64,000 nt of DNA from Macrostomum lignano (taxonomy: Eukaryota): NCBI GenBank assembly GCA_002269645.1, contig NIVC01001332.1:62001-126000 (forward strand). The letters are read 5' to 3'. The stretch's first letter is position 1. Each line of letters opens with the position of its first letter. Positions 23,985 through 36,000 of this stretch are shown here, piece after piece. The translations under genes and the position numbers were made by a program. Under the pieces are notes generated by a model. It saw only the letters and a list, made by a program, of their open reading frames with translations, had not been told where the DNA came from and did no database searches.

Positions 23985-26181
23985 TCATTCCACAACCGGC
24001 ACGCCACTCTTCAAACACCTTACTGGCTGCACAGTGACCGCAGCATCCACACTACCAATCACTTGACGCGTCTTCCAGCAGCCCCTTGGCAAAGTCATCG
24101 AGCAGTCGCTGAAAAGCCGACTGCCGCCTGTGATCGGCAGGTAGCCGCCAATCAGGATTCGCTTCCGCTTTCCCAACCACCTGCCTAGCATCCTGCTCAA
24201 CAAACTCCTGATGCAGCTGTAGTCTCGCTCGATAATCTCGGCCACAGTCAGCATGATCAAGTACCTGTTCTCTACCTCGTGCTCGATGACGTGGTTCACA
24301 GCCGAGGACAGAACTCCGACCACGAAGTTGATGAATAGGATGGGCACGAACAGGACGTAGGTCACGTGGGTGATGAGGAGGTCGATTCGGTCGATCTCGG
24401 GCACGTAGAGTTTAGTGTCCACGATGTTGAGGGACACCAGGAAGGTGGTGTAGAAAGAGCGCATGTAATCATTCAGTGTCTCGGCAGTTGAGGTCAGGTT
24501 GGCGCTGTCAGACACGGGGTTGCTACCTTGGAACATTCGAGAAAATATTCCAGTGAGAGCCAGGTAAAACGCCATGAACATCGTGAACGTCATGAGGCCT
24601 CGATGGAAACTGCTCATCAGAGTGGATATCGGTGTCACGAGACGCATGAACCACACGATGAGGTTCAGGACAGTCAGCAGCAGAACTTTGGTAGCACAAC
24701 CACTCGCAGGGTAGATGAGGTTCTCAAAAACTCTGCAGCTTCTCTCAGTGTCGATGTACACCCACATGAGAAAGACTGCAGTAGGCAATGACACGGCGCA
24801 TGGCACAAGCCATGGCAACAGATCGATGTAGCTCCTTCGAGGCCGACTGGGGTATCCGACCTGCCTCCTAAAATGGATTGAGTCAAGATTGCGTTGGTTG
24901 CTTAATGTATCCAAAAAATTGCATGCTTTAGAGTCAAGAGACATTCCTACGCTAGAAGTACACACGAAGCGATTACCCAATGAAAAAAACAATCAAAGGT
25001 GATAAAGTGCTGACATTTAAAGATTTTCATGCTAGAAATAATACATTAGTGGCACAAGGCAATAAATGATGTCACCTGAGTACCAACCTGAATCGCTCCT
25101 TTCGAAACAAGCCAGCTGCAGCAAAAAGCAGTCCAGGCAGAGAGCCTAGAAGCCAGAAGAGCAGCACGATAAGAATGCCAATGGATGAAGCATGTGGAGC
25201 CTGGATCTGCCGGCTCTGCTTTTGAAGGCAACGACTCTGCAAGAAATGGTTCACTCCCGGACCAGAGAACACGACCGTGGCAACCGTCTGCGTAAAGATA
25301 AAAGCTACAATCAATCTGATCGCCCACCGGTTGCGGTCGTACAGCGCCTCGACCCAGCGCCTCCACAGGAAGCCGTTGCGGAACACGCCCGCCGCCTTCA
25401 GCTCCGCCAGGGTGGCCTGGCTGTACACGTCGAGCAGCACGCAGATCGGGCTGGTGAAGAACGCTGGGTTCTCGCCGAACCAGTCGGTCACATCGACGCT
25501 CACTCGCTCTCGAATGCCTACCGAGTCCGAGTGCACCTCGCTGCTGGCCAGGTGGTGCAGCATGATGTACTCGACATGACCGGCCAGTCCGAGAAACACG
25601 CCCCAGCTCATTGGCGTCATGCCTCGGCTGCTGACCTGCAGCATCTCGGCCTGCTGTTGTCTGGTGAACAGGCGACGGTGAAAGAGCTTGACGAGATCTC
25701 GGCCGGTACTGCCGCAGTCCGTCGGCTGCTCCGTGCGCTGCTCCGTCCCGGACATGAAGCGGACGGCGCTCAGCAGCATGTGGTAGGCCGTGAAGCCTCG
25801 CTCTCTGATCTTAGCAAAGTCCACCGTGTCCTTTCCGCTGTCCGAGGTCTCGTGCATGAGGCGCAGACACCGCTGAGCGTTGTAGAACATGGCGACGAAG
25901 AACGGGTTGGTGGGGAACGGAATGTCGCTATCGTCCTGCTCTGGATCACCAGACCCGATCCAGTCGGCTTGGTCTGGAGCTCGAGCTCCTCGGTGGTCGG
26001 AGCTGGCGAGAAATGCGGCCCAGTCGGAGGGTCCGAGAGAGTCGCGGAACTCTTTGAGGTCGTTAGCGTTGTCATTGGCGATGCAGCGGACGAACGCGAG
26101 CCAGTCGCAGGTTTCAGGAAGAAAATCCTTTGCCTGCTTCAGCTTGAGCTTTTTCATTTCAGATTTTATTTCTGAGTTCAT
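23985..26181 (-). CDS. TRPV-like cation channel, copy C (exons 26181-25088 and 24867-23985; ~658 aa, start codon uncertain)
   Basis: First ATG at 26181. Donor GTTGGT at 25087 and acceptor cattttAG at 24869-24868 define a phase-2 intron at the homologous position. Pore FYTTFLVSLNIVD. Confidence 0.85.
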
Positions 26182-27566
26182 TTCACAGTTTTTTAGTGGC
26201 ACTGATTTCTGATTTTGAGCAGATTTATCAGGTGTATCGGGAATACTTTTTCGCCCTTATACACGGGGCAGACTGGAGCACTCCCCCAAATCATTGTTTG
26301 CTCCATTTCTGTGACACAGCGAGAGCCGGCCGATCCCGGTGGATGGAGGATCAGGAACTACTTTTGGTGCCTTATCGGGTGCTGTGTGGGCTATCCGGTA
26401 AATCATTGCGTGTTTGCTCAGGTCACGAGCCGGTTTTGTTCTGCAACTACTTTTTTGTTTGCACATCTGCTCATGTGGGCCAGCCATATACGATATTTGT
26501 GTAGAGAAGTAACCAGATAAACGCGTGAATGAACCGCTTGACAGCATGATAAATGGCTACTTTATTCTGTCATGAAGTGAGATTAAACTGCATGCTAGCC
26601 AGTGATTTTTTATTCTATTTGATTGCTGACTCATCAGCTGTGATGGATTGATGACGTGCTGTTGACATAATTAGCTGGATATAAGATATTTCTCTCTGCA
26701 TAGAAAACTAGGAATGGAGTCAACCGTGGGTGTGCGGATTATGGCGTCGATCGTAAAGTATTAGTTCGCAGATGCAGATACATGTAGATCCGTTTCTTAC
26801 CGAGGGAATTCTGTAACCCGGATGCAAACATGCGCATGTAATGAAACACCTGATCAGGAGGCTTTTCACGTTTTTGGTTATCCCATGCAGTTTGACTACT
26901 AAAATACAGTTGTATAAAAGAAATTGCTGATTTCTGACTCAGATATTATTTTTCTCTCTAATTTATCTGTATTCACATTTCAAGAACCGTCGGAATTATA
27001 GATTCAACAGCAAGTTTAATCGCTAATCATAAATCATTGCCATGTCGTATGTACAGTGAAAGAGGGGCGCGTACGTAGCACCCATTAGGTTTTTTTAATG
27101 ACGTTAAAAAATAGAAAATTTTAAAAGCCCGAATTTAGAGCAGAGAGATAAAAAGTGGATTGTTAAAAGCTGATGACGAACGCTCAATTAATGCTGATGA
27201 TGGGCCTCAAACTCTTTTGAAACTCGACATCAGTAATTTATCTACAGTGCATTTCTGCAGCCCAATCATTAAAATTTACCGAGACTTCGAAGATTACATG
27301 TACGGGCAAATTTGTACTGCTTTTTACATAATTAAATATATATAGCTATGCACAATCGTTCTTTGTATGTGAGTGAAATTATGAGAGGCTGTATTAACAT
27401 GTAAGTCTCATCCTACACTCACTACATTGCCCAAATTATGTACCTATACATTCGCGTACATGATTTTACACATGATAAACATGCAGGTGCAGATCCAGAT
27501 AATTTTGAACGGGGAGGGCAGATTACTAAGGGGTAATATGTATATGATATCATGCATCATGTATAC

Positions 27567-27769
27567 TGAAGCGGCTTGCGAGTGGTAGCTAGTACAGCAA
27601 GCGAGCAAAAAGCTATTTTGTATATTTGTTCAGCATAGTTATTTATACATAACGAGAATAGGGAGGTGTGAGTCAGATCGAACTGGCTGGCTGGGCAAAA
27701 CTCCCCAGCAGCCAGGTGCAGGGGCCTGTGTACAGGCGGGCCCCGCTCTCAGCCAGTCTGGCCGCCACA
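27567..27769 (-). repeat. 3' LTR of the Gypsy element (203 bp)
   Basis: Direct repeat of 31353-31538 with a 17-bp insertion and a few substitutions. Confidence 0.9.
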
Positions 27770-30700
27770 GAGCTCCCCCCAGCACCGAGCTATTCGGCCA
27801 AAGCCGCCGGGCTCGGACGGCACTGGCGGGGCGGCAGTCGGCGGCTGGGGAAAGCAGCAGTGCGTTGGGCCGCCGGCGGAAGGTCATCAGCAGCCGTGGC
27901 GGGCGGCCTTTCGGTCGCAGAGCCCGCGTCGGGAACGGGTCGTCCGCGTCGATGACGGCTGGCTTCAGCCTCTCCACTGACACCCGGTCGCGGCGAGTGC
28001 CCAGGTCCAGCAGGAAAGCGTTGGCGTCCCGCTCGAGGACCTTGAACGGGCCGTCGAAAGGTCACTGCAGTGGGGGGCGGTGGCCATCGCGCCGGACGAA
28101 AACGAACTGGCAGGCGTCGAGGGCGGCCGGCCAAGCTGTGGGGCGGCTGCCGTGACATGACGTCGGCGTCGGCCGGAATGCCTAGACGGCATCGCGGAGC
28201 CGGGCGAGGCACTGGTCGTGGTCGCCGGCCGGCGGGCTGGGCTGCAGGCACTCGCCGGGCACGCAGAGGGGCGCACCGTAGATCAGCTCGGCCGCCGATG
28301 CCGGCAGGTCCTCCCTGGGAGCCGTCCGGATGCCGAGCAGCACCCAGGGCAGCTCGCTGACCCAGGCTGGTCCGGCCAGTCGCGCCATGAGGGAGGCCTT
28401 CAGCTGCCGGTGGAAAAGCTCGACCAGCCCGTTCGCCTGCGGATGGAAGGCCGTTGTCCGGTGTAGCTGCAGTCCGAGGAGTCGTGAGACGTTGGACCAC
28501 AGCTGCGACGTGAACTGCGAGCCGCGGTCCGATGTGATGTCGCTCGGTACGCCGAACCTGGCGATCCAATGGGCGATGAAGGCGGAGGCCGCGGAGGTGT
28601 GGGTCATCGGGATCGCCTCCGGCCACCGGGTGAAACGGTCCACGATGGTCAGCAGGTGCGTGAAGCCTTGCGAAGGCGGCAGCGGCCCCACCAAGTCGAC
28701 TTGTACGTGGGCGAAACGCTGGTCCGGGACGCGGATGTTGCCAACTGGGGCGGCGACATGCCGCTGCACCTTGGCCGTCTGGCAGGCGACAGGACCGAGT
28801 CCACCGGCTAACGTCCTTGTTCATGCCGGCCCACACAAACTTGGCGGCCACGAGGCGCCGCGTGCTGCGGACGGACGGGTGGGCGAGGCCGTGGATGGCG
28901 TCGAAGACGGGGCGTCAGAAATTCGGCGGCACCAATGGGCGCGGCCGGCCTGTGGATATGTCGCAGAGCAGGGAGACACCGGGGCTGAGCTTCAGCGGCT
29001 CAAGGTGGAGGCTGGCGTCTGCCTGACTGGCCGTATCGGCCATCTGCGCCTGCGCCATGACCGCGAAATCCACGCCGGGGAGCAGCCGGGGCTGCACCGA
29101 AGAGACCGTGCAGCGGGACAGCGCGTCTGCGACCGAGTTGTCCTTGCCCGCCACTTGCTGGATATCCGTGGTGAACTCGGACACGTAAGCCAGGTGACGC
29201 TGCTGCCGAGCGGACCACAGGTCAGACATCTTAGACATGGCGGCGGCCAGTGGCGGCCAGTGGTCCGTGAAAGCGGTGAATGCGAAAGTGCCGGATAGCG
29301 AAAGTGCCGGACCGAAAGTGCGAAGTAGCAGCTCCCGATCGAAGGCACTGTACTTCTGTTCGGGCGGGCGGAGCTGCCGGCTGAAGAAGGCGAGCGGCTG
29401 CCAGGCGCTGCCAACCCGCTGCTCGAGCTTCGCGCCGACTGCGGTATCGGAGGCGTCGACGGTGAGGGCGATGGGCGCGTCTGGCCGCGGGTGCGCCAGC
29501 ATGGCGGCGGAGGCCAGCGCCCGCTTCGCTCCGACGAAAGCGGCGGTCAGCTCGGGCGTCCACCGGACGAACTTCTCCCTGCCGGCCATGGCCGAATGGA
29601 TGGGACGCAGCAGCTGGGCGGCGCGCGGCACGAAGCGGTGGTAGAAGTTCACAATGCCGGCAAACTCCTGCTGGCCCTTGACGGTGGCTGGCAGTGCGAA
29701 CCTGGCGATGGCATCGACTTTGGCGGGCAGCGGCACGGCTCCCTGGGCGCTGATCCGGTGGCCGAGGAAGTCGATCTCGCTGCGGCCGAACTCGCACTTG
29801 GCCGGGTTGACGATAATGCCGTTGTCGGTCAGGCGCTGAAACAGCGTCCGCAGGTGCTCCAGGTGCTGCTGCGGGCTGCGGCTGGCGACTAGGAAATCGT
29901 CAATGTAGGCGAAGACGAAGTCGAGATCCTGGCCACCAACCGTTGGAAGGCCTGGACGGCGTTCTTGAGGCCGAACGGCATTCGCAGGAATTCGAAGAGG
30001 CCGAACGGGGTAGTGACGGCGGTCTTGGGCACGTCAACTGCGGCCACAGGCACCTGGTGGTAGCCACGCACGAGATCGATCTTGGAGAAGACCGAGAATT
30101 CGGCCAGGCGCACTGTGAAGTCCTGGATGTGCGGCACCGGGTAGCGGTCGGGCACCGTGGCGTCGTTGAGCCGCCTGAAATCGCCACAGGGACGGCAGCC
30201 GCCTGAGGCCTTTGGCACCATGTGCAGCGGCGAGGACCACGGGCTGTTGGATAGGCGCACTATGCCGAGCTGCTCCAGGAGCCGGAACTCCTCTTTGCCC
30301 ACCGCCAGCTTGTCCGGCGGCAGGCGGCGAGGGCGGGCGTGGACCGGTGGGCCCTGCGTCGGGATGTGGTGCTCCACCCCGTGGCGCGGCTCAGTCCGCT
30401 GGAAACTTGGCTCAGTCAGGGCGGGGAATTCGGCCAGCAGCTGGCTGGCGGGTGCCGAAGGTTCGGATCAGGCTGCCGTTGGCTGCGAAGAGCGGCGGGC
30501 CTGGCGAGTGCAGGCGGGCGTCGGAACCGGCGAAGGGGAAAATGCTGACCTCGGCGCCGGTGTCGACCAGGAAACGCCGGCCTGTCTGCACATCCGGGAT
30601 GAGGAGCAGACTGCTGGTGTTTCCGGCCGTCGAGCTGTTCACTGACGGCTGGCCTGCCCGTTTGCCTGGAAGCTGCACGGGAGTTCACAGCGGCGGGCTT

Positions 30701-31352
30701 TCGCACCGAAACGACGGTGAAAGAAACACAGGCCGTCGTCCGGGCCTTGTTGCTGGGGCCGGCTCTGTCTGGCGCCCTTGCTGGCCGCAGAGACCGCTGG
30801 CTGGGCTTGCTGGGCTGGGTCTACCGCCGGCTGCTGGACGGAGGCCGCGACCAGCTGCGGTCGGCTGGCCCAGAGCTTGTCCGCCTGCTGCGCTGCTGCC
30901 CGGGGGTCCGCGAAACTCCTCCGGTGGCAGCTGCTGGCGGAACAGCGATCCTCGAACAGCATGCAGGGGCGGTGGTTCCCCAGCAGGCCGAGCATCTCGT
31001 CCATCAGCTCGGAAGGCCGCCGGTCGCCGAGGCCGGACACACTGAGCAGGCGACTGGCCTGCTGCTGAGGAGTCAAATCGAAAGTGCTGTTGAGGCGCTC
31101 CTTTAGCTGAGCATACTTGTTCGCCTCCGGAGGAGCCTCGAGCACATCGAGCAGGCGCTCTGCTGTCTGCTGGTCAAGAGCTGCGACCAGATGGGCGTAC
31201 TTGGTCTCGTCCTGAGTGATGCCTCTCAGGGTGAACTGAGCTTCGGCCTGGATGAACCAGGCTCGAGGCTGGACCGCCCAAAACGTGGGCAGCTTCAGGG
31301 ACACAGCAGAGTCGGTTTGTTGGGCCATTGCACGAAATGGCTGCGAAACCAA

Positions 31353-31538
31353 TGAAGCGGCTTGCGAGTGGTAGCTAGTACAGCAAGCGAGCAAAAAGCT
31401 CTTGTGTATATTTGTTCAGCATAGTTATTTATACATAACGAGAATAGGGAGGTGTGAGTCAGATCGAACTGGCTGGCTGGGCAAAACTCCCCAGCAGCCA
31501 GATGCAGGGGCCTGTGTACAGCCAGTCTGGCCGCCACA
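31353..31538 (-). repeat. 5' LTR of the Gypsy element (186 bp)
   Basis: tgaagcggc...gccgccaca; followed on the minus strand by a TGG-starting putative PBS (tRNA not assigned) and the gag ATG. Confidence 0.9.
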
Positions 31539-33021
31539 ATACCATGATAATGTGTATTTACTCATTGAGAAAATAAAAAAGCAAGCTCTACGGGGGTGCG
31601 CGCCCTGTGCCCTTCCCACCCTAAATCCGCCGTCGAATGATAAATTAGTATGTAATTTATACTGAATCCACTACCTACGAACGTACATTTACATGTAGAT
31701 TGGGAGCATATATACAAAAGATCTTGCATTGCACAAAAACTATTTTGATCTTTACCTTGCTATTTCTTGCTTTCATAAAACTAAGAGATGTTTTGTTTCT
31801 TTCTATTGTCAACAGTAAGCTTGTTTCCTGCTTTGCTAAGGTAAGATTTAAACAAAATATTCAACTTTTACTAACAAATTATTACTATTCATTAAAAATG
31901 CACTTTTATTTTTAGTTTTTGTACAATAAAAACAAGCCTTTAATTAATAAATTAAAAACTTTTAATTATCAATTGCCACGGAATCTTACTGGTTAATATT
32001 TAAAGTAGATTAGATTCACTAACACCCGGTACTAAAATATAAACAAAATATTTCATTTGTGGATCGAATACTTAGTTACGACTTTAATTTATACCAAGTT
32101 AATCATTTTGCACTCTATAACGTGTTCTCGCTGATTACTTTTAAATGTAATGCAAGAGTGCTGAGAGCATGATTAAAAAATGTCTTAGCATTTTAATAGA
32201 TTTTGTGCGTAGATATTTTTTCACTTTTTCTTTTACAAAGAATACTAGTGTAAGCATATACATTTATACTGAATGCATTTTTAAAATCTCGTTTTTCAAC
32301 TTATTCATACATTAGCAGTCGATTGTCTTTTTGGCTGTCATTGATACTATATGAATAATTTCATTATTAAGCACTAGAGAATTTGAAAAAAAACAAAGCT
32401 ATACACAGTAGGAAATTGTTTAATTACAGGGATACTTATTTTCATTTTTAAGGTTACAAATTATCCACAAAAAGATTATAAGGTTAATATTTGACAACCT
32501 GACAAGTGACAACTGCATGTCAATCTTTATAAAAACAGAAGTTTTAAGTACTTTGTTGGTGTGTAATGCTAATGCTAAAAGACATTTTTCTTGCGTTTCC
32601 TTCAGGGGCAACCTAAGGCAGTAGTGGTAATTGTAAAATAACTTTTATTTTCTCGAAAAATCATTTAGGCGAATAGTATACTTACATTATAGAGAACGAA
32701 GTTTCCATTTTCGATACAACTTTAGCAATAGCTTTCTCTTGGAACCAAAGCAAATACTTGCGTTTTTTATATGGCATTTCTGTTTTGTGTTTGATTGACA
32801 TTTAAAGCTTTATTTCTTTGTAAGAATACATGCATTAATATAAACTTCACATTTAAATCCTAAACTACGTTTAAAATGTTATTTAGGAAAAATATTACCT
32901 GAGCAGTCTCTAAAAAAATCTTCATACATTAGCACAGTCAGAAACGAGAAACTTCTCTTTGATTTCTGTCCCCAGCTCACACAACACTGAGACACAAGAG
33001 ACATAGCCAAGACTGACCGCG

Positions 33022-36000
33022 ATGGCCGAGGCGTTCCCTGCTCCAGCAGAGCTCGAGCCACCTCAGCCTCCTGATGGCGACACATTTCATCAAGCTCTTC
33101 AAAACTCGGACTGGAAGAAGATGGTGGAGCTGCTCAGAGCATCTGTCGCTAAAAACAGCTCAGATCTTGCCCGCAGGTTTTGCATGCAAGCTGTGGCAAC
33201 TGCAGCTAATGAAAAACGTTGGCAGTCGGTGATCGAACTAATTTCAGCCGCTCCTGACGCTCGCACCATGAATGCTTGCTGCGCTCTGGTGGTCGCTGCG
33301 GCAGCCAAGGACCGTCAGGCAGATGTGGTGCGTCAACTGCTTGACCTGACTGACTTCGGAGCCAGAGACCAGTTTGCCTTGGTGTCCCTGCTGTCTGCTC
33401 AGTTCCAGGGGGACAAAGTAACTGAGCTTCTGGAAGCTGCTGAGACTTGCGCTGCCCGAGATGCAATTTGCGCCCTGGCTGCTCGACTTGCAGCTAAAAG
33501 CGCAAATTGGCAAGCCATGGTTCGATTTTGTCAATTGATTGAATCAACCAGTGTCAGAGACAAGTGCTGCATCGATATTGTGAGTACAGTGGCTCATAAT
33601 CAACAGTGGAATTCGGTGGATGAAATTCTTGACATTGTCTCACCTGGGCCCGCTACAGACCAGTGCTGTTTAGCAGCAGTGAAGCCGTCTGCAGATAACA
33701 GGAACTGGAAGTTGGTGATGAAACTGATTCAAATGGCTTCTGAAAATGAAATTGAATTCAAGGATCAATCCTGCGTTGATACCATGCATCGAGAACAGTC
33801 AAAAGCAATGACAGTCCGTGACAAATGCTGCAATGATGCAGTTCAGTCTGCAGCTTCTAATAAACAGTGGGAAATGGCAGTTCAAATAATTCCCATCATC
33901 TCTCAAGTCGCTCTGAGAGTTCAGTGCTGTGCTCATTTGATGAGACCGTTAGCTGATAGTCAAGAATGGAACCTCGTTCTCAATCTGGTTAAACTTTCCA
34001 AAGGAATATCTGAAAATGACGAGTGCTGGATTACGGCGCTGGAGCTGGCATCGTTAGGCAAGCGATTAGAAACAGTGAGACAGCTCCTTGAGATGCAAGG
34101 CCCAGAGAAGGTCAGAGAAGATTTTATTCTGAAGCTACTCGATTCAGAAAAGTATGAAGCGGTGCTGTTTTTGTTGGAGTTCTTCGCTGAAAATCTCGAA
34201 GAAGTAGAAAATTTTATCGCCGATCGTGAGAAGTCTGATTTCAAACAGCTCGATAAAAAATGGAAGTGCCTCATTGTGGGCATCGAAAGAGTACCGGAAT
34301 ACCGAAAGAAGCACGACTTGCAGAAGCTGCTCGAGCTGTCAATCGTCCAAAAAGAGTGGCATGCGGTCTGCCTGTTTGCAAACCTCTTTAACCGGGTCAC
34401 CAAAGGGAAGCCAATTGTAGGTCTCCATGCAGACAGTGATGGCTCTTTCGAACAGGCTGTGCAGGCGGTGCTTTCAATTGTTGATGAACATACAAAGACG
34501 CGTTTTTTTGTAACTCTATTGGTTTGTTCTGTCGAATTCGGTGACTTGGAATCTTGGAACGACCTTGATTTAGATGAACATTTATTTGCCAGCGCTGAAA
34601 TTGAAGATGCTCTCGTTTCAATGTTTGCCCGTCAACACAACAATTGGAATATCTACAATCGAATTTATAATTTTTTTAAATTGAGCGTGTACCGAGACTG
34701 CTGTAAAAAGAAAAAACTGTTTCATGTTTTTACTAAAGTGGCTGTAAGACTGAGAGATTTTAGATTGATTCAAGTGCTAATTGGGTGCTCCATAGAGAAA
34801 CCTGTCGTTCCATCCGTTCATTCGTTCCATACCTCCGCTTTGCCCATATTTTTCTTCCATCATGCCCAGAGTCGGCCCTGCGCTGGCCATAGCTGGTATT
34901 CAAATTATTGGAGGCACATGTGGCTCTCGGATGACAGTCGATGGGAGCAAAGAAGACGCTGGCAGGAGCAGTGGCGTAAAAATCAATGCTCATACGACTG
35001 TGGAGTTTGTGAGACACTGAACGAGAAGCTCAGTGCTTTAATCGACTCTTTTCCGTTTATTTCTTGGGATTGGAATGCAATATACAGGTGGCTGGTCAAC
35101 CAACCTTTTATAAATAATAATGATCGAAAGAATTGTCTCCTTGAAAATATAAAATCAGCTCTCCTGGTTGAAGAGCAGCAGCAAACTGTTGGATTCGAAG
35201 TGGAACAAGTTCATGCAGCAGGACCCTGCCAATCTACAATATTCAATGACATGCTTCAAGAGTTAGAAAATCTCAAAACTGCAAACAAATCTCAGACGCA
35301 AAGTTGGTGGGAAGAAATGCTCAGATTAGCTAATTCAACTCGAGGAGCGGAACTGTTTTGCGATAGACAAGCAGTCGAAACATTTTGCACCAGCCTCAAA
35401 CGTAATTTAAAATTCAGCTCAGACTGGCTGCGGGGTGAAGCTGTGTTCAGCCGAATCGCGGAGCTCAATATTTTATTTGGAGATTTAGTCAATGTAAATC
35501 AACTAGTGAGCTGTGTTAGTGAAGCTGATCATCAACTGGCTACGGATGTCCTTGTCGGAGCCGTTGAGTTCGCATCAAAGCATCAAAAGTGGAGCTTGAT
35601 GGAGCACCTGATTGCTTCAGCCCCCAACCAATATGCAAAGATTCAGAGCTACCTGAAGGCTTTCGAATTCGGCTGGAGAACGACTGACAAAATTCTTGAC
35701 TGTGCAGCCACCAGCTGCAAATTCGTTGGCGGTGTCTGCAACGATGAAGACAGGAAGCGAATCGTGCAGCATCTGATCAGGGGGAAACAGTGGGAAGAAT
35801 CAAGGTTGAGAGAATGCTGCTGCAATCATAAATTTCCTGAAGCTGGTGAGCACGAAAGTGTTTCCAGTTTGCTCATCGAAGTGTCCGAGTTTCCACTTGA
35901 AAACTGTCATCCCACAAGAGCTACATTGAGTCGATTAGCTTGGCCTCATGCTGTTCGGATCAAGGACTGGGAGCTCATCGAGCAACTGGCTCGGGAGCTA

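Larger units (their letters stand above)
27567..31538 (-). mobile_element. Ty3/Gypsy LTR retrotransposon, full-length layout but frameshifted
   Basis: gag from ATG 31328 (LKLPTFW..QPRAWF..AEAQF; CFFHRRFG..ARRC..PC), protease FLVDTGAEVS, RT DRYPVP and FAYIDD, RNase H TVDASD..GAKLEQ, integrase VDLVGP..SDRGSQF..HPQANGLVE in PR-RT-RH-INT order. TG..CA LTRs, PPT GGGGGGAG, 4-bp TSD ATAC (27563-27566 and 31539-31542). Confidence 0.95.

Noticed and set aside
3461-26175. Plus-strand ORFs of 233, 204 and 327 aa overlapping the TRPV genes
   Set aside because: Antisense shadows of GC-rich TRPV codons; they recur only because the genes are duplicated.
26560-26640. Minus-strand CTGATGA as a hammerhead core
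   Set aside because: No stem II or GAAA follows it.
27639-31106. Many overlapping Arg/Pro/Ala-rich ORFs
   Set aside because: Off-frame and antisense readings of the GC-rich Gypsy gag-pol.
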